Positions 15,567-29,264 of a DNA stretch of 64,000 nucleotides are shown here, piece by piece. Within the stretch, counting starts at the first letter, position 1. Each line of letters opens with the position of its first letter. The notes beneath the pieces are model-generated. The model was given only the letters and a program-made list of their open reading frames with translations, did not search any database and was not told the origin of the DNA. The stretch is from the human T2T-CHM13v2.0 reference genome, Homo sapiens. The position numbers and the translations under genes were made by a program. The stretch is from NCBI RefSeq assembly GCF_009914755.1, contig NC_060927.1. One strand, given 5' to 3'.

Positions 15567-16546
15567 CCCCACCTGTTTCTTTAACCTCTAGGCTGTGATG
15601 GCGTCCTGCTGTTGCTCATCTCTGGACTGCCTCAGTGGCCCCTGGTGGCCTCTTAACTCTTTCTCCATTGGGTGGCCAATTCCCTGCTTTAAATTTCCTG
15701 TTTCAAATATAGAGAAGTTTCTGGTTTTCAGGTAGGATCATGAAGGACACACCCCAGTGAGAACCATACATGAGGCTGCTGTTCAGTTTATTCTTCACTT
15801 CTAGGAATGTCTATTCCTCTTCTTCTCATCCTCCTCCTTGGATTCCAGCAAGGACCAGACCTAAATTATTCCAGACTTATGTCTCTGCTCCTCTGTGTGC
15901 TATTGATAACAAATATTGTTCATGTTTATAAGGTTAATTGATCGGATGGATTTAGGGGGCTTAGTAAATAAACCGGATACTACAGCTGCAGACTTGGGAG
16001 TAGGTAGAAAGCCTGGAAGCCCCCTGGGAATAGGGATGCTCCTGCTACCCCCCACATGGCTGACTCTAACCTCATCTTCCAGCATGGTGACCCCCAAAAC
16101 TCAGAGTCCCAGCAGAGAGAATCCTAGAGGCTGAGCTTGAGTCACATGGCTCCTCTGTCTGTACCAGTGGACATGGATATGGGAAGAAGGAGCTTTGTGA
16201 TTCGGATTCCATAATGGGCATGAGTCTCTGTAATAACCATCCCACTAAGACTGCACACGAAGAGGTGATTCCCTGGAGGGAATCAGGCCACTGTTGGGAA
16301 GGGGACATGGAAGCTGAGCAGCCACCAGGGGACAAGTACTCACCACATGCTCCATGAAAGATGGCTCCTTGTTAATTATTATTCTGGTCTCTCTGGGTAG
16401 GGTCTGAGAGTAACTGCTGTTTATTGACACTTGGCTAAGAGCATCATCTCATTTAAGTTGGTTTATAGATGAACTGACTCATCTGTGGCCCAAGGAGCTG
16501 CAATACAAAAGTTCACACAGCTGGAAAAGTAGCACAGCTGGGTTTT

Positions 16547-16655
16547 ATTTTTATTTTTTATTTTTACTTTTGAGATGGAGTCTCACTCTGTCACCCAGGC
16601 TGGAGTGCAGTGGTGGAATCTCGGCTCACTGCAACCTCCACCTCCTGGGCTCAAG
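16547..16655 (-). mobile_element. 5'-truncated Alu inserted in a MIR
   Basis: Only the 3' ~110 bp is present. TSD ACAGCTG(G/A)GTTTT at 16534 and 16656. Confidence 0.85.
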
Positions 16656-16719
16656 ACAGCTGAGTTTTAATTCAGGTGGGTCGGACCCCAAGGCCTGGGA
16701 TAGCAACCACTGTGCCATT

Positions 16720-17661
<942 letters not shown>

Positions 17662-20583
17662 ACAAAACCTGCTTCCAGAGGAGCTGGTTATGGTCACTGC
17701 TCACCCTCCCCAGATATCCCATTTCACAAGGTTCTGGGAGAGTCACTTGCTCAAGGGTGCACATGGCTGGAAAGTGTTGGGAGCTGTATCCTAGTCTTCG
17801 TAGATCCAATGACTCTCCATCATTCTATCATTCCCCAGGGTGTTTTCCTGAGAACTCCAGTCATGTGAGACATTCTGCAAAGAAGAGGCAAACAAAAATA
17901 CCTGTGGTTGCATCTACCTGGAGAAAGCTACAGGAGATTATCTCCCTCCAGGGACTCACAGCATATAGTGTATTAGAGGATCCGAAAAGCCTTAAGATAA
18001 TAAACCCTGTTGAGCTTTGTTTAACTCAGAATTTACTAACCTAATTGGACCTTGGAAAACACAATACTCATTAACATCTCTTCCAATGAACATCATTTAG
18101 GAAAATTTTACTGTACCAACATTTTCCTACTAGGTAAACTGATGAAGATGTTCATAACCAGAGATGATCTGTCCATGGGCTGTGGCTGCTTTGAGGCATG
18201 GGGGAAAATAACCTGGTAATTTGGGCGTGCTGTGCCACAATGGTGGGGGGTGGTCTAGGTCATGCCCTTTTGGTGCTAGTTCAGAATTTCCAGCTCCTCT
18301 TTAGACCTGCCTGCATTGCAAGATATAGCTTATGTTTTCCGAGTGACTTTCTCTTTCCTTTCTTCCTCAAATACACAGGCACGCTAACTTGGTGTGCCAT
18401 CTTCTAAAAATGTTAAAATGCATTAAAATAGATTTTGGGACTGTTATAACACCAGTCAAGGTAACTAGGGGTGTCTTAAGTATTTCAAAACTACCTTTGG
18501 GGTCAGTACTGCTTTCAGTGCTTAGTTAACAGATTATCGTATTCTGGAGTTAGAGGCAAACTAGTGATGTCATCTAGTCTTTTCCCCACAGAAAGGCGTA
18601 GAAAAGCGTATTCTCTAATTTGATTGAAGCATTCCCAATTAAAAAAGCAATCACACCTCAAATCTTTTATACCTGACCTCGTTTTAGATATAACATGGCA
18701 ATCTTTCTAAATGGGATTTTCTAGCTTGCACATGTGTGGATATGTGTGCTAATGGTGGCAGTGGTTGTCATTTAGTGATATCCTCATTACAGCATTAAAG
18801 AATAAGGTCTCTGCGGAATTACAGTGACTGTATTTGAACTGTTAGCCATCTTCCCATGATACATTGCAGCTTGCATCTTTTGGCTATAAAGCTGCAATGC
18901 TATACATCTAGAAAGAGACAGGGAAATTACAAATTAGGCATATTGTACTATTATCTGCAGATTTCATGGTAAATTCTGTACATAAAAATTTCCCTGCAAC
19001 GGTTCTATGTTTAAGAATTTGTACATACTCCATATAGATCTTTCAAAATGAAGACCGATGAAAAATGGTTTGGCCAAGCAATAAATACATAATGAAACAT
19101 CACCTTTGATCTTTCCTGCTTTCTATGAGGTCAAAGTTGGGATAGGTTATAAATCATGATTTATGCCCTTAAGTCTCTGATATTTTTTAAAGCAGCTTCC
19201 CCCCCACCATTGGTTTGATTTTGAGTTGTTTAATTATTCATCAACCTGCAATACTTCCATTTCTTCAATATTGGGCATATTTGTTTAATTTTGGATGCAA
19301 TTTGATTTTCAAGATTTGGCTTTGTTTTTCAACCTCAATGCATTATCTTTGTTTTTAATCTATTGCATTATAGTCACATTAATGTGGAGACTTAGTTGTG
19401 GCAAATAGAAACCTAAAATATTTCATATACACATACATACATATATACATTATGTATGTGTGTGTGTATTTATGTCATCAACTGCTATCCAAACAATAGT
19501 TTTTTAATAGAATTTTCACCTTTTTTCCCCCGATACCTCCTTTTCTATTTTTCTTCAAAACCCAACTGCTAAATGCTCCCAGGAGCTGTGGCGACTTGGA
19601 AACATGAGATGTTTCACACGCAATTATAATGATTTTAACAATGCTGCTTGACTTGATGGTGTCGGCATTGATGAGAAAGAACTTTCAACAGTGGCATTTC
19701 TTCATAAGATAATTGGTTAATAGAAAAAACCTGATCTGGCTTTGCACTTCCTGAGTGGCAACCTGGTCTTCTCAAGCAAGAGAGACAGCAGCAAATTCCT
19801 TATTATCTTAGTGGTTGGTCTTAAATTTTAGGGTTGATGGATGGATGAGACTCTGTAACACACATAGTCCTGAAACTCCGTGCTATTTGATGTTAAAATA
19901 CATCAATCAACTTTTAAGCATAACTTGATGCTATAATTGGATACTGGCAAAAGCTTATTTCATACATTACTTCTGTTAATTTGTTTTTATGCCCCAGTTA
20001 AAGTTCCATGCCACTTAGTACTTCATGGGAAAGAAAGAGTTGGCATCATACTTAAAAAACCCCTGGGGTGCCTCACACACTGGGTAAAATAGCTCCTCCC
20101 TCCCCTGCATTGTCTTCATACCTTGAGAGTTAGTTCTCTTAACTATGAAATTGTTGAAACAGCACAGAATATTGTAGCTAAACCAGCGTCACTTCATTAA
20201 GCATCCTTAGCAAGGGCTGAATGTGGCCATGTGGCCACTCTAGTGAATATAGTCCCAGCACTAAAAAACATTTATTGCCACCATTAAAAAAAAAGAACTT
20301 TTAAAATGAGTTTGAAAGAAAGCCATTACCTCCTTAACTACCAAATAAACTCAGTGGTCTATGTAGATTATGATGAAATATCTTTGGTGCTTCAATTGTA
20401 TTCTCTTTGTTCCATAAGTTGTAACTCATGCTGGGCTTTTGCTGACAACTTGGTAACTATTCTTGCCTTTCTCTGTCCCTCCTCATTCCCTTCAGCCTGA
20501 CTTCTCTTGCTAACGACCTATGCTTTGTTTGCTTTATCGCTTGTTTTCATCTTGGAATAAACTTGTTTATTCCCTATTTTCTT

Positions 20584-20612
20584 TGTGTGTGTGTGTGTGA
20601 GTGTGTGTGTGT
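20584..20612. repeat. (TG)n microsatellite with one interruption
   Basis: Directly visible. Confidence 0.9.
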
Positions 20613-21509
20613 TTAAGGTATAGAAACTTTAAATAAAACTTAGTTGCTTTTGCAGGGTGGTAATTGGCTATTATAGCGTATATTTGAGATTTCTGTTAGC
20701 ATTTTTTTTTTGTTGCAAATACTGCAATTTATTGATACGTATAGATTGAAACATACTTAGGAGGCTTAAGATAATCAGGAATAGAGGAAGTGTCCAGTTT
20801 CCCCACCATCAAACTGGCCAATATCTATAAATTCAGTTTCTGGAAATCCATGAATCATAAAGGACATTTTTCAGCAGTTTTTCACCCCAAGAGGACAGTT
20901 CACAGAGGCTTTTCCTCCACCTATTTTCTCCTGCTTGCTTTGTAGCACATTTCGAATGTGGATGTGCTCTGTCTTTCAACACAACAGTAGGGGTGGGATT
21001 TGGCAAAGTCTTTTTAGGAGCAATATAATCACCAGGGCCTCCACTGTCATGCCAGACAGCCATTGTCTTGGCCTTAGTCCTAATACTTCCCCAGTAATTT
21101 CAAAAGTGCTTTCGGCAAGAATTAGTTAAATCTCCCTTTTTAGCCAGGCCATAGTTTTAAAACTCATTGCAAATCATAGGTACCATTTCTATAACTGGAG
21201 ATTTCCTGAAATAACTGGAGGTCTCCTGAAATTAAATGCAGGCATTCCAGTGAAAAGGGACTCAGCAAAGCCAGCATCAAGGTGTGTGATGTTCATGGCT
21301 ATTTTAAGGCAACAATCTCTCTACTGGGGCACAGGCCCAAACTATTTGCTTTCATTTAAATCCCCAACCACTACTGCTGAGCCTGGCAAGCAGGACAAGG
21401 GGCAAGAAGCCTTCCCAGCTGCAGAATGGCAGCCAGGGATGGGGGAACAAGTCAGGATCTCTGGTTCTGATTTTCCTTCCCCTCTGTTCTAGATATCTCC
21501 CTTTGTATT

Positions 21510-21556
<47 letters not shown>

Positions 21557-21843
21557 TTTTTGAAATGGAGTCTCACTCTGTTGCTCAGGCTGGAGAGTGC
21601 AGTGGTACAATCTCAGCTCACTGCAACCTCTGCCTCCTGGGTTCAAGTGATTCTCCTGCCTCAGCCTCCTGAGTAGCTGGCATTAAGAGCGTGTGCCACC
21701 ACGCCTGGCTAATTTTTGTATTTTTAGTAGAGGCAGGGTTTCACCATGTTGGTCAGGCTGGTCTCGAACTCCTGGCCTCAAGTGATCCGCCCACCTTGGC
21801 CTCCCAAAGTGCTGGGATTATAGGCATGAGCCACCCAGCTGGG
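21510..21843 (-). mobile_element. AluSx-like with (TTTA)n tail
   Basis: TSD TCTCCCTTTGTATT / TCTCCATATGTATT. Confidence 0.93.
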
Positions 21844-21971
21844 TCTCCATATGTATTAATACTCCACAAGCTTCACTTTTCTCATCTTGGAAGTCAAGAT
21901 AAGCCCAGGGTTGTGAAACAAAACCAACGGATGGATATGAAAACACCAGTTAACATAAACTTGATTGATGG

Positions 21972-22149
21972 CAGGGCTGGCTTCCTGGGCATGTGTTCTA
22001 ATGCAGTCACACAGGACAGGTGTTCAGAGGGGCCCTGTATTGGTTTAATACTCTGCTGTCACCGTCTTGATATTCTGAATAATTTTTGAATAGTGGACTC
22101 TGCATTTTCATCTTACATTGGATCTCCCAAATTATGTATCCAGTCTTGA
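21972..22149 (+). mobile_element. MER91A (hAT-Tip100) DNA transposon
   Basis: CAGGGCTGGCTTC...GGTTTAATACTCTGCTGTCACCGTCTTGA...CAAATTATGTATCCAGTCTTG. Confidence 0.8.
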
Positions 22150-23042
22150 TTGCAGGCCCATGGTTGTTTTGCACAGATGTTTTTGTTACTGGGCCCCTGC
22201 TCCAGGCAGGCGTAATTCGAGGTCGAGGGTCATTCTTTGGCCTCACTAATTCTAGTCCAGGATAGAGGTTCTTGCTGCTGATGCTCTCACCTGTAAGACA
22301 GAGGTGGATGGACGGAGAAGCCAGTGACCTTAAAGCCTCATGGCTTCTCCTTTGCAGGTTATCTCTCAAGGCTTTGGGTGGACCTCTAGAAATTTAAAAA
22401 TTATTTTTATGCAAAATTGTCTAAGCTTTGACTCTACCCGTGCTGTTAGGGAGTACTTTCTAGAAGTTAACGGGATGTTTTCAGTGCATGATAATAGGAA
22501 GATGGCAATGCTGGCCCTTAGTGGGTAGAGGTAAGAGAGGCTAGACTGCCACAATGCACCCCATGGTCCCACATGTCAGAATTTTCCTGTGTCCCCACAT
22601 GATGTCCCACATGACATTCAAATGACCCAATCAGATCTTCTTGTAGGTAAACACTGGTTTCATTTACAGAAGCCAGGAACTTGATGCCATTTTCCACATA
22701 AGTACAATATACTTTTTGCATGCTTTTAATATGTATGGCATCATTCAGGAATGCAAGTACAGTCAAATTAGAAGGAATATTATAGTTTGTGTCATCTGGA
22801 ACCAATCTGAGAACTATTTGCTATCTTTGAAATTTTGTCATGGATGGCAACACTGCTAGTGACACTGGACTCTTGATACAGCATGCCTGTATGAATCCAC
22901 ACTGACTGTGGCATCCAGGGTGGTTTGATGCAGTTATACACAAGTGTACTTATTTAGCCCTTATTTCAACGTGTCAACTGCAAACCCACTCATTATACGA
23001 AGGTGCCAGCCCCTGATGTCTTGTTATATGGTCTAGCCTAGG

Positions 23043-23243
23043 GCAGGAATCAGCAAACTAGGGCCTGTAGCCCAAATCCATCCTGTGACCTGCTTTTGCA
23101 CAACCCATGAGCTAAGGATGGTCTTTACATTTTTAAAGGGTTGTTAAAAAAAAAAAAAGACTATACAATAAAGATCCTATGTGGGCCACAAAGCCTAAAA
23201 TATTTACCTTCTCGTCCTTTACAGAAAAAGTTTGCTGACTGCC
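23043..23243. mobile_element. MER58 (hAT-Charlie) DNA transposon
   Basis: Terminal inverted repeats TCAGCAAACT / AGTTTGCTGA; internal CAAAGCCTAAAATATTTAC. Confidence 0.85.
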
Positions 23244-23258
23244 AGCCTACAATAATAA

Positions 23259-23680
<422 letters not shown>

Positions 23681-24264
23681 AGTAAAAAGGTCTTAAGGAA
23701 CATTTTAGTGTAGTTACCATTAGGCATCATGATGCTGGGGATGGAAAAAAAACACAGATGGCCACTATACTTCCTTTCTGTCAGCCCATTTTCTCACCTC
23801 TTTGGCTCAGTGAACACAGCTTCTAAATTTTCCATGAAACTTTCCCCAGTAACTACAATCAATAGTAATCTATCCCTCACTGAACTCCTTAACATTTACT
23901 GTATGAAATTGATCAAATTTTTTATGGTGGTAACACATCCAGGCATGAAAGCATCCTGGAGGTTAAATACATCCTTATAAAGCTAAAATAAAGGAAGAAA
24001 CATTACTTTTAATGTTGGAGGACTATCCTGTTGGATTAGGGGTTGAGCAGGCTTCTGTGGCCTGGCCCACCAAGATAACTTGCTTTGTCAAAGAGAATTG
24101 GTTCTACATTTCAAACTGATAATTTATAAAAACAGTCATCTGGAACAAAAACTGCTTGGCTGAGCAAGTTTTTCTTTCTTTGGAATGAATAAGAAATTCA
24201 TTTATCATTTGATAGTAATAGACACCAATGTGGTAACAGTGGTCTATCTGTAGTTGATGAGGTC

Positions 24265-24595
24265 GTTCTAGTTATCTAATGCTGTATGACAAACAACTCT
24301 CCAAAACTTAGTTGATTCTTGAGTATGCAGTCTGGATGCAGTCTAGGAGTTGGCAGGGCAGCTTATCTCTGTTTTCCTTGGGGTCATTTGGGATGAATAG
24401 AAGGCTGGAATCATCTGAAGGCTCACTCATATGTCTGGTGCCTGAGCTGGGGAGACTAAAACAGCTGAAGGTTGGAATGGCTAGGGCTTTTGAGCATCTT
24501 TCCCTATCTAATCTCTCCATGTGATCTCTCCAGCATGGAGACTGCCTACATGTCAGCTCAAGGCTCCCCAAGGCATATGTTTTCAGAGAGTGAGT

Positions 24596-24631
<36 letters not shown>

Positions 24632-24915
24632 AGCTTGAAGAAGAGGAGGAGGAGGAAGAGGAAAAAAGAGAGAGAGCAGGCAAGTGTCAAGCTGAAGCCA
24701 CATCACCTTTCATGACCTAACCTTGGAAGTTACATAGCATCATCTCCACTGAATTTTAATGGGTCAGTGAAGTTACAAAGACCCACATAGTTTCAAGGGA
24801 AGAGAACATGGATTCTCAGTGTAGACAAGTGTTAATATCCCATTGTAAGAAGAACTTGAGGATTGGGGTAGGGGTGTGTGTATGTAGCCATCTTTGAGAA
24901 AATACAAACTGCCAC
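24265..24915 (-). mobile_element. MaLR LTR (MLT1G/H-like) with an internal (GA)n tract at about 24595-24676
   Basis: TAGTTATCTAATGCTG...CAAAACTTAG...GCCATCTTTGAGAAAATACAAACTGCCACA. Confidence 0.75.
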
Positions 24916-25005
24916 AAACACTAAAGATGACATTTATAGCCTTTAAAAAATATATAACTTTCTGATTTTCGAAGAGAACATATTCCTTTAAACACCAGAA
25001 AAATT

Positions 25006-25379
<374 letters not shown>

Positions 25380-26849
25380 TTAGAACAAAGCTGTGGCCAG
25401 TATACGGTGTGGTTTTTTGCCCTAATCTAGCCACTCTGATCACTGACTATGACTGCAGTAAGCCTGTTCAACATAGAACAAGGCATTGGTAGCATGACTG
25501 GCCAAATGACAAACGAACTGATTTCTTCTCAATTCTTCTTGATATTTCAGACCAGCACCAGTGAAAGGCTCAGGATTTTCTAGGTAAAAGAAATAGAGAA
25601 ACCTCCCTGAAACAATTGTCTGTCCTTTCTGTTCAGTGGGATTATGTAATTGTCAAGACCAGTGTTGGGCTCCGGCGACAACATCCTAGCCCCAGGGCAT
25701 GGTGGCAGATGGAGTACAGTGTCTAATCAGCGTACACTCCCCCATTGCAGCCTGACCACATAAGGAGAGCAATAATAACGCTCCAAGAATGAAAACATCC
25801 GTCAAAGGCTGACAAACCTCTGACATAGATTTTCCTTAATGTTTCTAAAGGAGCTAGTTAAATGTGATGGAGTTGCTAATAAAAATTATTTGGTGGTCCT
25901 AGTGAAGCAGCCCTGTATGCCCTGTTCACCTTCCTTGTTAGGCAAGCAGGGAAGCCACATTAGAATTTTTGGTGGCTAATATTGATTGCAGTTTGAAACA
26001 CAAAAGGCAACCAGACCAATGCAACTAAATTCAGTTGTCTTTAGGAGTTGGAGACGACACAGCAGAGAAGTGTTATAATGGTGGTCTTCGCTGGCTTTGT
26101 CGTTTTAGTCAATGAGCAGATGCCCTCAAGCGAGCAGGAGATGACAGAGTCATGGATCCACTTTTCCCTCAGTGAGTCTAATATTTTGCTTTTTTCTTTT
26201 CATGAAACATCATCCCTTAAGGCAAGTGAGCTAGTTCTTCTGGGGCTCAGTAGGAGAGAGAATGATGTGTTATGTGCTGAAGGAAAAACTAGTTGCAGAG
26301 GAGTTAATGAGTGAGACAGTTTAGTAGCAATGTGGTACCTCAGTTGTTCTTAAGTTGTGTTCCCTCCTGCCACATCTGCACTGAGCATAAAACATCTGGG
26401 GTGATAAGGCATGGGTACACACTGATTACTTGTTATTTACGAGTGTCCATTGCATAGAACCCTTGGTTCTGGTGGCTCTGCCCATCTGAGGAGATGGGGC
26501 TCTTTGGCCAAGCTAGGACAGCTGAGGCCTGGGCACCTTGTCTTCCTTCCCTTGCTCTACACAGCCATCTCTCCTGAGATCTGGCCACCTGCCAGGGATT
26601 AGGCAGCAAGCAGGTTCTGTGTTGCAGCCATTCCAAGGACACAGAGACCCCTGTCTCCTTTCTGATCTGAGGGAATTACTCCTCCCTTCTCTGCTCTTTT
26701 CCCAAAGCTGTCTTTCTCTCCTCTCTTCTTCCTCAGCTCTTCTTGCATTATGTCTTTCATGGCCTTGGACTTTTATAAAACACAGGGCAGGGGGTGATAT
26801 CAGCCTGCTTCTGCATTTTTCTCTTATTTCTCTGAGTCTGGCACAGCAT

Positions 26850-27140
26850 GCTGATTTTACAGATGAGGAAACTGAGGCCTGTGGAGATGAAGGGATTTGG
26901 GCAAAATTACACTGCTGGAGGCTGGGTTAGGCCTAGGTTCTTCCACCTGAAGTCCAACCTGTTTGTGTACCTCTCCATCAGTGGGAGCCAACTCTTCACC
27001 ATACAGGGGATGCACTTCTGAATGCCCTCTGCACAGAGCTGTAGAATTAATGTTAGAACATCTGGAAGTCTGGCTTTCATGCTGCTATTGTTGTGTGACC
27101 TTGGCCAAATCACTTGACCTCCCTTGATCTAAAATTATTA
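26850..27140. mobile_element. MIR fragments
   Basis: ATTTTACAGATGAGGAAACTGAGGC and TGTGTGACCTTGGCCAAATCACTT. Confidence 0.7.
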
Positions 27141-28239
27141 AAATCTAAAACACTGGCTTGACCAACGGCACTAAGATGATTAGGATTAGATGAAAATACT
27201 GGAAGCCTTTAGTGAGTTATAGGCACCACACAGATAACATAATGAACTCTTCTAATTGCTCTGATCTGCCTTTACTTGCTTCAGTCCCTGGGTGATCACA
27301 TTCTTCACCTCTCCCGGTCCTTAAAAATCTCCACAAACAGAGCCATGACATCACTGCATGGACATTGAAGTCATTTATTTGCTTATTAGTTTCTTGTGGC
27401 CTGGGACTATCTCTTTCCTCAGTGGAATTTTACTTCTCCTACATGAAAAGTTTGGGTTGTCATCATGTTGACAGGATTCAGTGAATCATTAATCTGTGTC
27501 ATTAATAGTTTGTTACCAAACTCATTGCTTTGCTCATAAATGGCCCTGGTCCTCTCAATTAACTATTGTTTCACCCTCGTCTGTTGTGAAAGGATTTGAC
27601 TGTGCTCTATGGCAGTTCTATCCTGGAGGAAGAAGTTCTCCTTATTGAAAATAAAAGGCTCCTCTCAGATCTGCTTTGCAAACATAGCCCGGTCTCTTGC
27701 TCAAGATCGGTAGGTCTTAGATGCCAAGTACAGCAGAATGCTTCTTTTATAGCTGTCTGTTGCCATCTGCATAATGGGAAGTGTTATTTATGTAACTGAC
27801 TGCTTTCCTTACCAAATTGAGTTGCCAGAGGTCAGGGGCCCCTCTCTTCTTTATACCATTACCAATGCCACCTTGCAAGGTATCCTATTGTAATTACCTA
27901 AGAAAGCTTGTTTGAATTGAATTTTGCTACTGATTTTCCTTCACCAGAAAAAATGGCTGGTAGATTTGTGATGAGCTGTTGGTGTTCACATACCAAGTTT
28001 ATTTTGCAGAAAATTGGTTGCTTAACTAAAGAGGGTGAGTACAACAGACTCATCTTATGCCATGTACAATTGTACCAAATAGTATGTTGAAGTAGGTGAA
28101 ATCATGCTATTGACAGGTCCAAATGTCTTACTATTGCAGCTGCCAAAATGCTTCTAGGATTATTTTGGAAATTGCCTTGAAAATAAGCAGGCTCAGAATT
28201 TAGGAGGGTCATGAAAGCAGAATGTATGTGTGTTGGATA

Positions 28240-28393
28240 TGGTGGGAATGTTTAAAAAATACAGGCTTCTAAGCTGTACCCCTCAAAGAGTATTCAGTGG
28301 GTTGAGATGAGGCCCAGGAATCTGCATATTTCACAAACAGTCCCAGGTGTGCAGATGAAGGGGGTCTTCAGAAAGCAGTTTGCAAAACCCTGA
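28240..28393. mobile_element. MER5-type DNA transposon fragment
   Basis: ATTCAGTGGG...GGCCCAGGAATCTGCATATTTCACAAAC...CCCAGGTG. Confidence 0.65.
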
Positions 28394-28577
28394 TATTTCC
28401 TCCTAATTCATTAACAAAAGAAAACTGAACATTAGAGTTGTTGGTAGCATCGAGATTTCTGAAGAAGTATTAAAAGGTTACATGACTCAAAATTTCAAGA
28501 AAGGGTAAAAACCTTAGGATTTTCAACCTGGGTAGAATGCACATGTATTCCGGGTAAAGTCCAATATGGAAGACAAT

Positions 28578-28795
28578 GTTGAAGTTATCTATTGCTATAT
28601 AGGAAACTACCTAGTTTGTAGCTTAAGATAACCATTTTGTTCTGCTTTTGATTTAGTGGGTCAGGAATTTGGGAAGAGCTTGGTGGGGCAGTTTGAGTCT
28701 GACCTGCAGGCCGTCAGCTGGGCCTATGGGGCTGGATGATCCACTTTAAAGATAGCCTTTACAGTCACATACCTGGTACTGCAGTGTTTCTTGAC

Positions 28796-28893
<98 letters not shown>

Positions 28894-29264
28894 CGTCCGT
28901 CCGTCCATCCATCCATCCATCCATCCATCCATTATTTATCTAATTTTTTCTAAAGCCTCTCCATGTGGCTCAGCTTCTCAGAGCAAGATGGTTTCAGGGC
29001 AGTGGTACTTTTTGCATGGTGACTGACTTTCAAGAAGCAGGAACTGGAAGCTGCCAGGCCAGTTAAGGATGACATGTGTAACTGGCACAGTGTTACTTCT
29101 GCTGTATTACACTGTTCAAAGGAGTCATGGTGCCTGCCCAGATTCAAAGGGGCATAGAAATAAACTCCACTACTTGATGAGGTATTGTAAGGTCTCATTT
29201 CAAAAAGAGTATGTGGGATGGGGGATGTTTCCAAAGCCATCTTTGGAAAATACAATCTGTCACA
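28578..29264 (-). mobile_element. MaLR LTR (MLT1G/H-like) hosting a compound STR
   Basis: AGTTATCTATTGCT...GGGTCAGGAATTTGGG...GCCATCTTTGGAAAATACAATCTGTCACA. Confidence 0.75.
28798..28929. repeat. Compound tetranucleotide STR [TATC]12[TGTC]11[CGTC]4[CATC]6
   Basis: Units counted directly from the sequence. The structure resembles marker D3S2406 as I recall it. Confidence 0.97.

Noticed and set aside
19424-19470. Imperfect inverted repeat (ATAC)n/(GTAT)n that might be a miRNA hairpin
   Set aside because: Low-complexity purine-pyrimidine microsatellite; self-complementarity is trivial.
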